Positions 25,901 to 38,095 of a stretch of DNA of 52,573 nucleotides are shown in pieces (the first letter of the stretch is position 1; every line of letters begins with the position of its first letter). Made by a program: the position numbers and the translations under genes. Source of the DNA: Collodictyon triciliatum (lineage: Eukaryota); assembly GCA_043381765.1 (NCBI GenBank), contig JBHJMP010000839.1, forward strand, positions 1-52,573. Reading direction: 5' to 3'. Under the pieces are notes generated by a model that saw nothing but the letters and a program-made list of their open reading frames with translations, made no database searches and was not told the DNA's origin.

Positions 25901-28900
25901 CACTGAAGACTTTGAGTTTGTGCGGGAGATGGAATTTGGACCTGCAGCCAAAACAGATTTTCTTTTTCGAAGAATGTATGTGGTTAGTTCGCCTTTTCCC
26001 TTCGCCTTAACAATGCGTGATTCGGCATCGTAGTGGGCTTGTATGTGCTGCCAAGTAGATGATGACACTTGTATTTGAGACACAATGCCTGTGGACTGCA
26101 TACGAGACGCAGTATTCACCTAGCATCGTATTGTAATTCCATGAAACAGATAAGCCAAAAACGCCTCCGGTAATGAACGGACAGCCAAAGTAGTAACATA
26201 TCTTTATTTTCATCTATAATTACCGTGTCTCCAAAAAGGCAGTACTGTGGCTTTTTCTCCCCAACAACACCAGTGAAAACTGGGCCAGTGTTTATACCAA
26301 TTCTGACTCTAGATTATTATGTTGTTGTTTTTTTTTTGTTAGTTCTCTTTAAGTTGAGAATAACAATCCCGATAAATCTGATGTAATGGAAATCGGAAAA
26401 GAAAAAATGTGATAGATAAATGACTTGATAGGCTCTCCTTCATTAGTTTTGAATCTCGATATTTCTTCGATCATATCTTCGGCAAGAAAGGCTGCGGCGA
26501 GTGCGTGTCGCTTATTTGTCCCTTGCAAGCCAGCACATGCCTTAATCATAATTTTGAACAAAAGGTTGTAATATGGGAACATTAGAATGAAAGAAAATAA
26601 CATATATATAATAGCCAACAGCAAATCAGCTTGTATATATGTTCAAATGGTTTCAGGCAATTAAAGCTTAAGAAAGAGGAGAAAATAGAAGAGGCAGCCA
26701 AAAAAAAAAAATAGATGCAAACCATGTATGTCGCACCAACTGTCTCCATTTTTTGCACAGAGTGTTTTGCGCTTAGTTTTTCAAATCTGGAGTAAATTCC
26801 GTCTAGAAGCGTCACAAATTCTTCTGGTTTATGCCTGATAACTAAGTTGGAGAAATCTTGGATATCACAAAACAGCACCGTCACTTCCTCCTACATAGAA
26901 ATCATATGTATTAGTTGTGTATTGAATCTTAATGAGAACACACAAGTGTCATAAATTTTTCCAATAAGAATAATTGCGGGCTTCTCATCGAATTACTCAC
27001 CTCTGCTTCTGCAATTATTCTGATGCCTTCCTTCATCTTCTTTGTAACGTGAGGAGGGAGCATATTTTCGAGAATGGTCTATATGGATTCATTGAGATAT
27101 ATGATTGATGATGTTACTATTTCTTTCTTCTTTTTAAAAATCATAATCATAATGAAAAAAAATTAAATTGCTTATCAAAAATGACCGACCTGAGATTGAT
27201 GACGCTCTTTATTTAGGTCCCTCTGTAGCAAAAAGTCATTGCGAACAGCAATCTCATTGTTATAGGCACCAACAGCGCCGAGACAAAATACAGCCATGAC
27301 GAGGATGGCATTGGGTGCAAAGACGGAGAACCCGAATTTTCTATTAGATTGGTATGAATTATGATGTACTTCGAATACAGTAATTCTTTATTTTCTTAAA
27401 AGCGAGAAACTAGAATCAAACCATATTCATATATGAGGTTCGAATATATCAGATGGGGAAAGAAAATATGTAGACGATACATACGTTACAACGTATGTGA
27501 GGTAGAAGCACATGTCAAATGCAGACACTGGAAAAGCATATTTGAACCGCAGTCTTAAAACAGTGAAAGCAAGGATAGGGAAAAATACAGCCGAAAGAAT
27601 TCCGTTCTCTTGGATGGACATGGTCTGTCAATTCAGAAAAATATTAGTCGGAGAGCTTATCGGTGTTGTAAGGTGCTATAAAACGGCGACTTTAATTTGA
27701 AATGGTTATTCACCTTCGCTATGCTCCCAGCGAAAAGAGGAATCAGAATGGACATTTGATAGGATCTCTCAAAATAAGGAGAAAATGTAAAGGCAACATA
27801 AATCCCTAAAATAAAAAACGGGAAGTGAGGAACAATAAAACGAACAAATAAAGTCCCATTTATCCAACAGGGCGACTGAGATATAAAAATTTTTTAGGAT
27901 AGCTATTCTCACCTCCAAGAATGATGATTGTCGTAGAGAACACCCAAGAAAGTATCTTTAAATTAATGAGAAAGTATATGATATAAAGGAACAACATTGT
28001 GACGAAGCTAAGGCGCGTTTGCTTGGCGGATATGTAGAAGAAATATGCCTATACAAGGATATATAAATCTATGAGAAGTCTGACAAACATTTAGCAAGCG
28101 GCAACCGTCATTACGAATAGTCTTGATTCGCTACGAGTGATAAAATCGAACAATCAAATTTTATGCTTACTGCAAATAGTTTTTCCAAGCGCCTGTCGTT
28201 GGCAAACTCCAAAGTGTATTTGTCCAGGTCGGTGAGAGAACTTATTATGGGATTCTTTTGTGCAGTGCCCTGTAAAATACAAAGAATGAATAATTCATTT
28301 CAAAAAGTATAAAGAGAAAATAAGAAAATATTGAACCCAATCTGAGCCATACAAACCTGATTTCCCACCATGACAGTTCTAGGTTTATTGCTATTATTTT
28401 TGAAAAAAATTATTAAAAGAAGAAAACTCTCAAAGAGTTGAATGCAGCATCGCAATCATTCAAGAAATTCTGCAAAATCACATGGATTTTACAATTTAGA
28501 TTCAACACAAACTTGGCCGTATATTTTTGTTTGTTTCCTTGATTCATAAACGCCAGTTTCGGGAAGGCGGACTGTGGTCGCGAATTTTCGACATCAGCCT
28601 CTTGAACGTCGGAGACAACAACTTTTGATATTGGACTATAGTTTATCAGATTTTTATTATGTTAGTACATTCTTCAATGTCGTGTGTAGCCGATCATGTG
28701 TGTTCAAAGATAAGAATCGATGATAATTAGTGTTGATAGAACGATATAGTATAGCATACCCGCACCCACGTTCCATTTCTTGTACAACATCAATTGGTGA
28801 GGGTCTAAAGAAGCGCTGGAACCTATGAATGCGTATAATGACACAGCGTAAATACACCGAGGGGAGGTATGAATCATGAGAATGTTTATTCAATCATATA

Positions 28901-31900
28901 ACCATGCATTTGTTACGTACGATTTCAGAGTCAGGTCAAAGAGTAAGCAAGCACTCGGGATGAATGGGATGGATGCCCAGAATATTCCTCTGAATGGTAT
29001 TATAACATGTTATAGGTAACACAAGTCATGTGCCATAATATCATATTTGAAATTATTGAATAGCAAACCGTTTGTAAACTTCGATTCCAACGTGGAAATA
29101 ATCAGGACTGATTGTGTACATCAGAGAGTATACGATAATGTAAAAGAACCATAAAAGCACACTGAACAGGAGGATGCCAACATAAGGCTTCGTCCAATAA
29201 TATGTTTCCAAAGCAATCTGTATTTGCAAAAGCATGCATAATTTTGAGGGGGAAATTATGAGTGTCTTAGATAACTGCGCCATTTTTTGATACTTAAACT
29301 GCGCATGTCGATTTGATTAACATACATATGACTGAGATGGTGATATATCATTTCAGAGGAAAATAAATAATTATAATTATTAACATTTGATGGAATCTTC
29401 ACGAAAGGAAACCTTGAAATTAACAGTCAACATGAGACAGCCATTAATCATAGTCCCCATCAAAAACAGGTCATCACTCAACCCTTTACTGGATATGATG
29501 CCCTTCATATTTTTAAAAAAAAATAATCATTTAGCGCCCATGCAATCGTATATAGAAAAAATCACAGTTAATAGAAAGACCTTCGCAATTAAAGTTCATC
29601 AATTGCATAGTTTTTATAGTATAAGAAGGAACTTTTAGCCTTTTACTATGTAGGCATTTATGGAAAAGGAATCATAAATTCAGTTCATACACCATAAATG
29701 TTAATTCCGCAGAAGTAAATGATGAGCGAATGGGCCAAAGCCAAGAAGCACCATTTCACCATGACCCAGAGGTTGAATCCCATCTGTATTGGCAGGTAAG
29801 TTCTTTCAGGGATTCTTGAAGAAAAGTACAGTCACTTCTCTCCAATATTCAAAGAACCCATGATATATAGGAATGTACCTTCGCCTGTCCCCAATAATAA
29901 ATGGAGGGGAACTGCTTGCTACTCTTTGCACTGCAATCATTTGTATAAGTAGGGTGTAGTTAGGTGAGACACTCAGAAGTGATTGTTGGTGAATAAGGAC
30001 AACCTGGAGAAGCGAGATATAGTTATTTGCTAACCTGATATCCTGGTCGAGAACACTCATAAACATAACTGGGAGAAGAGTCCACCCGACATTCCATCCG
30101 GCACCGAGCCAACTTTCGTAAAGCGTTGTGCCCGAGGAGGCATTGAGAAAGGTGAAGTAAAACAGAGTCAAGACAAACGCCATGTTTTTGTAGAACGAGT
30201 AAAGGATCAATTTGCATAGTCGCATGTAATTCCAGTGTCCATGAACCTAAATGAGCGTGCAGAAGAGTTAAATCAAAATACTGACATATATATATATATA
30301 TAAACAGCAGAAATAAAAAAAAAACGGAGACATAGACTCACGAGAAGAAGTCTTTCCAGGAACCGAAATTGGGCTATGGCATAATCACTACTCTGGACTG
30401 CTTGCATTCCTTCATGCCCACTGATGCCTATGTGAGAGAGTTACAATAACGAGGGTTCAATCAGTTGATATTTACAAAATTGCGGACTGTAAAATAGCTG
30501 AGTAGTATATGTAATCGGAAACTGCATCGTAGAAAAATCGTACCAATCCCGACATGGGCCTCTTGAATCATGCTGACATCGTTTGCCCCATCACCTATCG
30601 CAAGAGTAATTGGCTATATGTGAAGGAAAATCAGAACAAAGCTGGGAAGGTTACCTGCTGATGAACATCCACTAAATGCACATAAATATTGAGATATTCG
30701 TCATCGCTTTATGAAGACTGTTGGGTGTAAGATTTTCTTAGACACCTGAGGCTTGATATTATCTTTCACAAGGGTGACCATTTCAGCCTTTTGCTTGGGA
30801 CTATAAATGTTGTTATGCGATTGGAAAAAAGGAATATATATGTCGTGTTTAGGGATAAGGTGAGCGAAGGAGGACAAGGCTGGCCATTTGTGTGCTTATT
30901 TGCATCATACCTGACACGACATGCAACAACAGACGAGCAGAGCCTAGCAACGAGAAGGAAACTAATCTTGTTTTCTTCATCAGACATGATTCTGCTGATT
31001 GAGTTACCATCGACTACCAAGCCCAGATTCTTGTCCTCATTCTGCACATGTATATGATGAAATAATAGGCTCGATGGTATCGTACACACAAATCGTCATT
31101 CTAATTTTATGGTGTCTAATATACCCACGTTGAGAATGTATTCGACTTCCAATTGCCTTTGTTTCAAGATTGTACTTATGTCATCCTCTTCTGTGCAATT
31201 GATGTAAATGAGATGCATCCCAGACTCGAAAAGTCGTGTGGAATACGCGATGTTCACAGCTGTTTCTTGTTTGTCTCCAGTTAGGACCCATATCTTGAGT
31301 CCTAGTAAAGGAGCAGATGGATTGCTCAAACTAGGTGTTGATAATATTTGCTTTATCTTTTCGTAAGGTTACAAACCAGCGGATGAAAGGGTGTGGATTG
31401 TTTCTGGGACTCCATCTTGTAGTTTATCTTCAATAGCTGTGGAGCCAAGTAGTTCCAATTCATGCTCAATTTCATTAGCCACCTGCGTGTTGACCCGATT
31501 GGTATACATAAATATCAGATTGCAGGTTTTTACAATTTAGAAAGACGAAGAGACAATACCTTGTCCATCTGCTCTGAGCGATCTCTTAGTGCAAGACTGG
31601 CCTTGGTATAGCGCTCGTTCCATTCCGAGTATATCTCAGGTGACAAATCTCTCTGGATGAAAAGGATAAAATGAAATCAAAAAGAAACCCCATTTAAATG
31701 AAGGTATGAATTTTTCCATTGAGACATAACATGACGAATACTATATTAAGATGCCAAGCGAACCTTAGTAATAACAAGCGTTCTGAGTCCGTCGACAGCG
31801 AAAAGGTTGATATGGTCTAATGTTGGGTCCCGGTGCTGCTGCTCAGATGCAAGTCTCTCGACAATAACAGAATCAGCTCCCTTGAAATGGAAAAAAAAAA

Positions 31901-34330
31901 GGGTCGACAAAATTTACAGATGATTCTGCTTCAAAAAGAGAGACATGTCAAAAAATGAACATAAAGAAGACGACATGCATAGAAAAAAATATGTGGGTAA
32001 GATAAATACAACCAGATACAGTTCCTAGATGCAAACGATAAAGAAAGAGTAGATTTGTGAGAGTAACCAACCTTGCAGAATAACTGAACTCGGCCGTCTT
32101 CTCTCTTTACAACAACAGACATTCTTTTTCTGTCGCTGTTAAATTCGTTCACATTAAGGATTTTGAAAACCTCCAGCTTTCCTCGAATACTAACAGTGAC
32201 TTCAAAAAAAAAAAAAAGATTTGTGAGCAAAATATAAAATTAAAAAAAAATCACATATAATAATTGGAAGAAAAAAGCACATGCAAGATCGCTTCGGTAT
32301 TTACATTTTTTAAACAAAAAGATTCGATCTATCCAAGTAATACCTGAGGTTTGAGTTCTTTCGGTAAGGACGAACCCTAATTCCTTCGCAGCTCTACAAA
32401 GAAGAAATAATTATTGGATGTCATAGAAGTGATCAAAGGGTTTAGTAAATCTGAAATATGCTTAAGGTTGTGTCAATTTCTATCGGACATATTTTTTCAT
32501 CCCTTATCGTGATAGTTTTTCATCTTGGAGGGGAAGAGGGATGGGAATCTGTATCTTACTGGACTAAAGCAATTTCGTCCGGACTTTGTGATTGATAAAT
32601 TATATCGCCATCATCTTCAGACATACGCAATGCCTTCCTATCTTCCTCGGAAATTCTTTCTGGGATGGCTGTGTGACAGACAGCTAGAACCTAATAGGGA
32701 ATAGTTCGGCGATTCAGAAGAATAATCACTATGGGATTCATATTGGCTCATTTGCATAATACAATTTTGTGACCAATAAATGCTAACACACAGTCATAAA
32801 ATCGTCTAGATGCTTCTCTGGAATGCTACAGGCTTCAGATATGTTAATATCTGATGCTGCTGTCTTGATATTTGCTGTACTTGTTTCGATGTCTTCAATT
32901 TCGATTGAGTTTCGATTCTCAGACGATGCAATCGATATACTGCTGCGATTTAGTGGTTTGTCTTGATTTGTCTGGTAATTAATATAAACACTTTGAATCA
33001 GTCTGGTTTTATATTTATATTATGTTTATCAGTATAAATATTATTATCCAAAAAAAAAAAAAGAGAAATAAGTAATATGAACTATTTAAGTATCTTTGAA
33101 AAAATGCCTTTGGTGCCTCTTTGTAAAAGAATAGTCTCCCATAGATTGACGCCCTTCGAAATTCCATTTCATTACAAGTGAGTGTTCCGGTCTTATCCGA
33201 AAAAATGTACTGAATCTGACCCAGTTCCTCATTGAGATTGGATGTGCGTGCAAGTGCTGTAGTATTTGTCTTTTCATAGTACATCTCCTTGTCAAATTCG
33301 ATGAGCTTGGCCTGATATAGCCTAAATGGTTACATCAATATTGGCTTTAACAACTGATGAATTTGAGATGCGTAGATGTAATAGCTTTTAATAATCTAGA
33401 GTAAATTACTGGATATTTTCGAAAATTATGATACCAGTATTTACCTGACAACTTCCATGGATATGTAAAGCGAGATTGGGGTAAGGTTGTTAAACAGAAT
33501 TAGAAATGTAATGAATGATAGATTCGCTGCAAATCCTTCTTCATCGGTCAGGAAGTCCAAGTACCAAACGCCATCACTATGTGATGAATACGTAATTAGC
33601 TTTACTTCATGAAAGTATGCAAATGTAAGCAAACTNNNNNNNNNNNNNNNNNNNNNNNNNNNNNNNNNNNNNNNNNNNNNNNNNNNNNNNNNNNNNNNNN
33701 NNNNNNNNNNNNNNNNNNNNNNNNNNNNNNNNNNNNNNNNNNNNNNNNNNNNNNNNNNNNNNNNNNNNNNNNNNNNNNNNNNNNNNNNNNNNNNNNNNNN
33801 NNNNNNNNNNNNNNNNNNNNNNNNNNNNNNNNNNNNNNNNNNNNNNNNNNNNNNNNNNNNNNNNNNNNNNNNNNNNNNNNNNNNNNNNNNNNNNNNNNNN
33901 NNNNNNNNNNNNNNNNNNNNNNNNNNNNNNNNNNNNNNNNNNNNNNNNNNNNNNNNNNNNNNNNNNNNNNNNNNNNNNNNNNNNNNNNNNNNNNNNNNNN
34001 NNNNNNNNNNNNNNNNNNNNNNNNNNNNNNNNNNNNNNNNNNNNNNNNNNNNNNNNNNNNNNNNNNNNNNNNNNNNNNNNNNNNNNNNNNNNNNNNNNNN
34101 NNNNNNNNNNNNNNNNNNNNNNNNNNNNNNNNNNNNNNNNNNNNNNNNNNNNNNNNNNNNNNNNNNNNNNNNNNNNNNNNNNNNNNNNNNNNNNNNNNNN
34201 NNGGAGCAGCTCGAGAGTTCATGGAAAGCTTTGTGTCATGTCCGGTGAAAAGCACGAGTCCAAAAATTTGAGACGTATTTCTAAGTATCATTCCTCTCAA
34301 CAGGATGTTCTTAATGTCAACAGAAGCTAC

Positions 34331-34426
<96 letters not shown>

Positions 34427-36067
34427 TTAGTTTTTACAAGAACATCAAGTTTTGGAAAATATCTCAACAATTATCCAGGATAGGAAAAAATAAGTAGAGG
34501 ATATATCAATAGATAGTGTATGTGAAATAAAATATATGTATCCATGAGACTTGCCCTCATCATTGCCTTCTACAGTTATTGATCCGTTGAAGCGATAGAT
34601 GAGATTGTTGGGTAGCTCATAGTTCATGGTTCCTTTCATCTCCATCAAAACTCCCGGGTTGTTGAAATGCTGTGTATTCGCTAGTGACTGAAGGGCTTTC
34701 AGATTCGTTTCACTATAAAAATTGGAGGAATAAATTTAAATAGGGCCCATAGAAGTATCCATATGGGTGTATTGAAATCTTCGCACTCATACCGCTAATT
34801 TTGACAGGAATAAATACTGCCGTGTTCATGGATTCTTATTATAATTATTTTGCTATTTTGCCTGTCTTACCCATCAAGGTTGGATGTTTCCACAAAGCAG
34901 ATTCCCCCATCTTCAGAGGTGCTAAGAATCATCAAATCTGCTGGGGATTCTTCCCTGTTCTTAACACAACATATATCCCCAACTATCACATCCCTCCATA
35001 GAGCTTGTTCTAGCTTTCCGTCACGAACAATGGAACATGTTCTGTTGTTCATTTCAAAATCAGATTGATGGCGTTTCTAAGAAATACTCACGTTAGTCAC
35101 TAAGTAGACATACAATAGATTCATAATTCTTTTTTCCCTTCATTCGATTCAAGTGAAAGGGGGGGGGGGGGTTTTACTCATAATTCTTAATTAGAAATAT
35201 GCATAATTTCAATGTTGTCAAAAAAAATCAAAAATAGGTTAGAGAAAGAAAAATCGAGCCCACTAACCCAGTCTTCATAAGCTTCTTTCACCATATTAGC
35301 AAAGAGAACTACTGCAAGGGGTCCAGCCGTAGCAAATTTATTGGTGGGCGATAAGTCAGTGCTCAACTAGATAATGAAAGTACACAATTAAATAAATTGG
35401 CACGCTCCACAAACGAGTCAATGAACTGATATATTGAAGAGAATAGTAGTATGGGATATTGTGATATGTATGTGGCTCGCACATGTTCATTTATGTATAA
35501 TTATCCATCTAGCACTTAATACCTGGAGAAGTGAAATAATGAGGAAGTATATATTTGATACTCTTCGAAACTGTTCAAATAGATTTTTCGGAAGGAATGA
35601 CGCGAAGTTGTATTTTGCCGTGGTGATTACGTTGTTCTTGTACCTGTACATATACGGTCAGAAAGAGTGATAAGTTGCTCACGCAATCCAGCCAAAAAAA
35701 TGATATTTTACACGCAATCAATCAATTTTATATGTCTTCCAATTATATGATATCATTCTGTAAGATTTCACTACCCATATTGCAAGTTCCCAACCGGGTC
35801 GTTCATCTTCACGATACGATGATCCATCACCTATGAACATGTGAAAAGATCGACCCCAAAACACACGAGTGTTAGCGGATATGAGGAACTCCAACGTCAA
35901 AAAAAGAAAAACGAAGCTGTCGCATACGAGGCGCTTCGTTTTACTGAATTTTTTTGTATATAGTTTAAGATGTGTGAATAAGTGGGCAACAAGACTGATG
36001 TGAGACGTCTAAGTACTGGTGGACTCACCGGTTTTCGAGAACCAACCACTGATCGAAGAGCTTCCAT
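22931..36067 (-). CDS. P4-ATPase (phospholipid flippase) - membrane guanylyl cyclase fusion protein, at least 52 exons
   Basis: Continuous in-frame splicing apart from one gap. Flippase half: [153 protein letters not shown]. Then a hydrophobic block, C1 ([33 protein letters not shown]), a second hydrophobic block and C2 ([24 protein letters not shown]). Probable ATG 36067, TAA 22931. Confidence 0.93.
33636..34202. other. Assembly gap inside the P4-ATPase region (hides about M3 and part of the exoplasmic loop)
   Basis: Run of N between 'MNSRAAP' and 'DGVWYLDF'. Confidence 0.95.
34333..34423 (+). repeat. About 90-nt poly(A), read as poly(U) just upstream of a 3' splice site on the coding strand
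   Basis: Homopolymer with one T at 34381; the acceptor AG is at 34327-34328 on the minus strand. Confidence 0.95.
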
Positions 36068-38095
36068 TTGCCTCCCTACTTTTTCCAGGATATTTGGAAC
36101 AGGCAATTTCAATCTAAACGAGCCGGTTCGTCGCGAGATATGAGCGGCGCGAACAGGAGAAGAGAAGCAGAGGTTGGCTTGGTGGGGTCTACAGAGCCCA
36201 AAAAGATTATTTGTGATGAACACCTTGATATTCTCTTTCTTCTCGTGTCTTTGGAGAGTAGAGGGTTGCTACAAAGAACGGAAATTCACCTCGAGAAGCG
36301 CTTTCCTTGCTTGCCTTTCTTTTTCTGTGTCTTCTCTCTTCGGTGCTTGCAGTAAAGTGCTTGACTTCTTCCGACTTTGAGATCCTTGTCCTGCAGAGAC
36401 TTCATCAGTTGCTTGCACTTACCCAAGAACCCGTTCTATATCGCTGGCCTCTGGGCAAACAGGAAAGGCAGGCTCCGATGATCGATCAACCCCTGTTTCT
36501 TCTGCTCCCTTTTTTCCCTTCCTCACTGGTCTTCTGTTTGTCTCTTCTTACTTCACTATGCGCTGCTTCGCCCTTTCACTGCCGCTTTGGCTGTTGGCCG
36601 CGCTTTGTGATCCCGAGGCAAACATTGCGCTTCAGATTCGTCTCTTTGGTTGGCTTCAGATTCGCTCCTTTCCAGCTTGTTTGATTTGTTTGGGTTTTCT
36701 TGCTGCTTTTCTTCTTTTTCTTTTTTTTGCGTTTGGCCTAAACAGGAATAACGACTCTTCACACGAACACACAGAATCTTGTTTATCCATATATGTGATG
36801 TACTAAACTGGAATATAGGCGTTTATGGTGTTCCCTTTGTAAATGTGCATTTTGATGGAACACTGAAGATGTCGTGGCATGTCGTCAGCATCAATGGTGT
36901 TCTGTATATAATTTAATTATAAATAATTAATATAAAAAAGCCATATAAAAGCTTTATCACCTCTACCTACACATTTTCATGGGTTTAGACTATATTTTCC
37001 ACAAATAAATTTACCATCAGGCTGTGTCTCTCTTTGGAATTGGTGCCTTTTCTTGGTAAGTGTTCCATATTAGGATACCATTTTTTTTCGCCCGGAGCAT
37101 AAGAAAATTAGTTGAGAAAAGGCCACAACTCTACACACAACAGAGCAAAGCATCCGGAACCCCGACAAAAAAAAGGGAAAAGAAAAGACCAATAAACCAA
37201 AGAAAACGACTACGTGTCCCTCCAAAATACACAAACAAGTTTCTCCATGGCGAGAAAAGGCCCTGGCGCGTTGTTTCCTTTCTCCCCGAGGTGTTTGCCT
37301 GATGGACTCAGAAGGCGCCTTTGGATGATTGTCACAATCACCTGCGGTTGAATGCCATCATCTTTGCCTCTTCGATAACGCCCAGTCAGCTCTGCCCTCA
37401 AACGCTCTTAACATAGACCACATTCGAACCTTCCAGGATACTTGCTTGCTTTCCTGTGATTGCCCATGCATTTGCTGCTTCTTTTCCACAGACAAAGATA
37501 CGAAGAGGGACACACAGCCTTTCCCAAGACACAGAAATGATACGCAAGTCCGACTCACCCAAGAGACTCGTGAATAGCCCTTCCCCTTGGGCGCATTCTG
37601 CGCCAGCTAGTCTCGTTTAGTTGGAATCCTACCAGATTTTGATATGATTGCTGACGAGGCATGAGGTCTACCTATTGTGCCGTGTGCGTGGTTGTGATGA
37701 TTTTGGACGAAACCCTTACAAGGCTGTCCAATCTGTCATGTCCACTATTCCTTGCATAAACATGGCAATCAAGAGGATGGGCCGAGCAAAAGCCCTTTGT
37801 CATGTCTTGGTTTTTTGTACTTGCTGGCCACACAGGCCCACGTATTGGAAATTAGGAGAGGGTTGATAAAATATATGGATATCAGGCCAGCGAGATAACA
37901 TTTTTGTGAAAAATAATTCCCATGAACTATCAGAATACTTTTTTTTCTCGTGCTCGCTATGAGCGTGCTTGCGATATTGGCGATGTCTGCCACTGTATAA
38001 TCAAACTGATCATCTATGTCCTTTTTCTTCATTTCTTTTTATCAGAAGTAGAACTGGTAAGCTCGCCCTCATCTCCCAAGGGTAATATTCCTTTG

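Noticed and set aside
34333-34423. Poly(A) as a retroposon tail
   Set aside because: No target-site duplication or element body is visible, and its position fits a splice-site pyrimidine tract on the minus strand.
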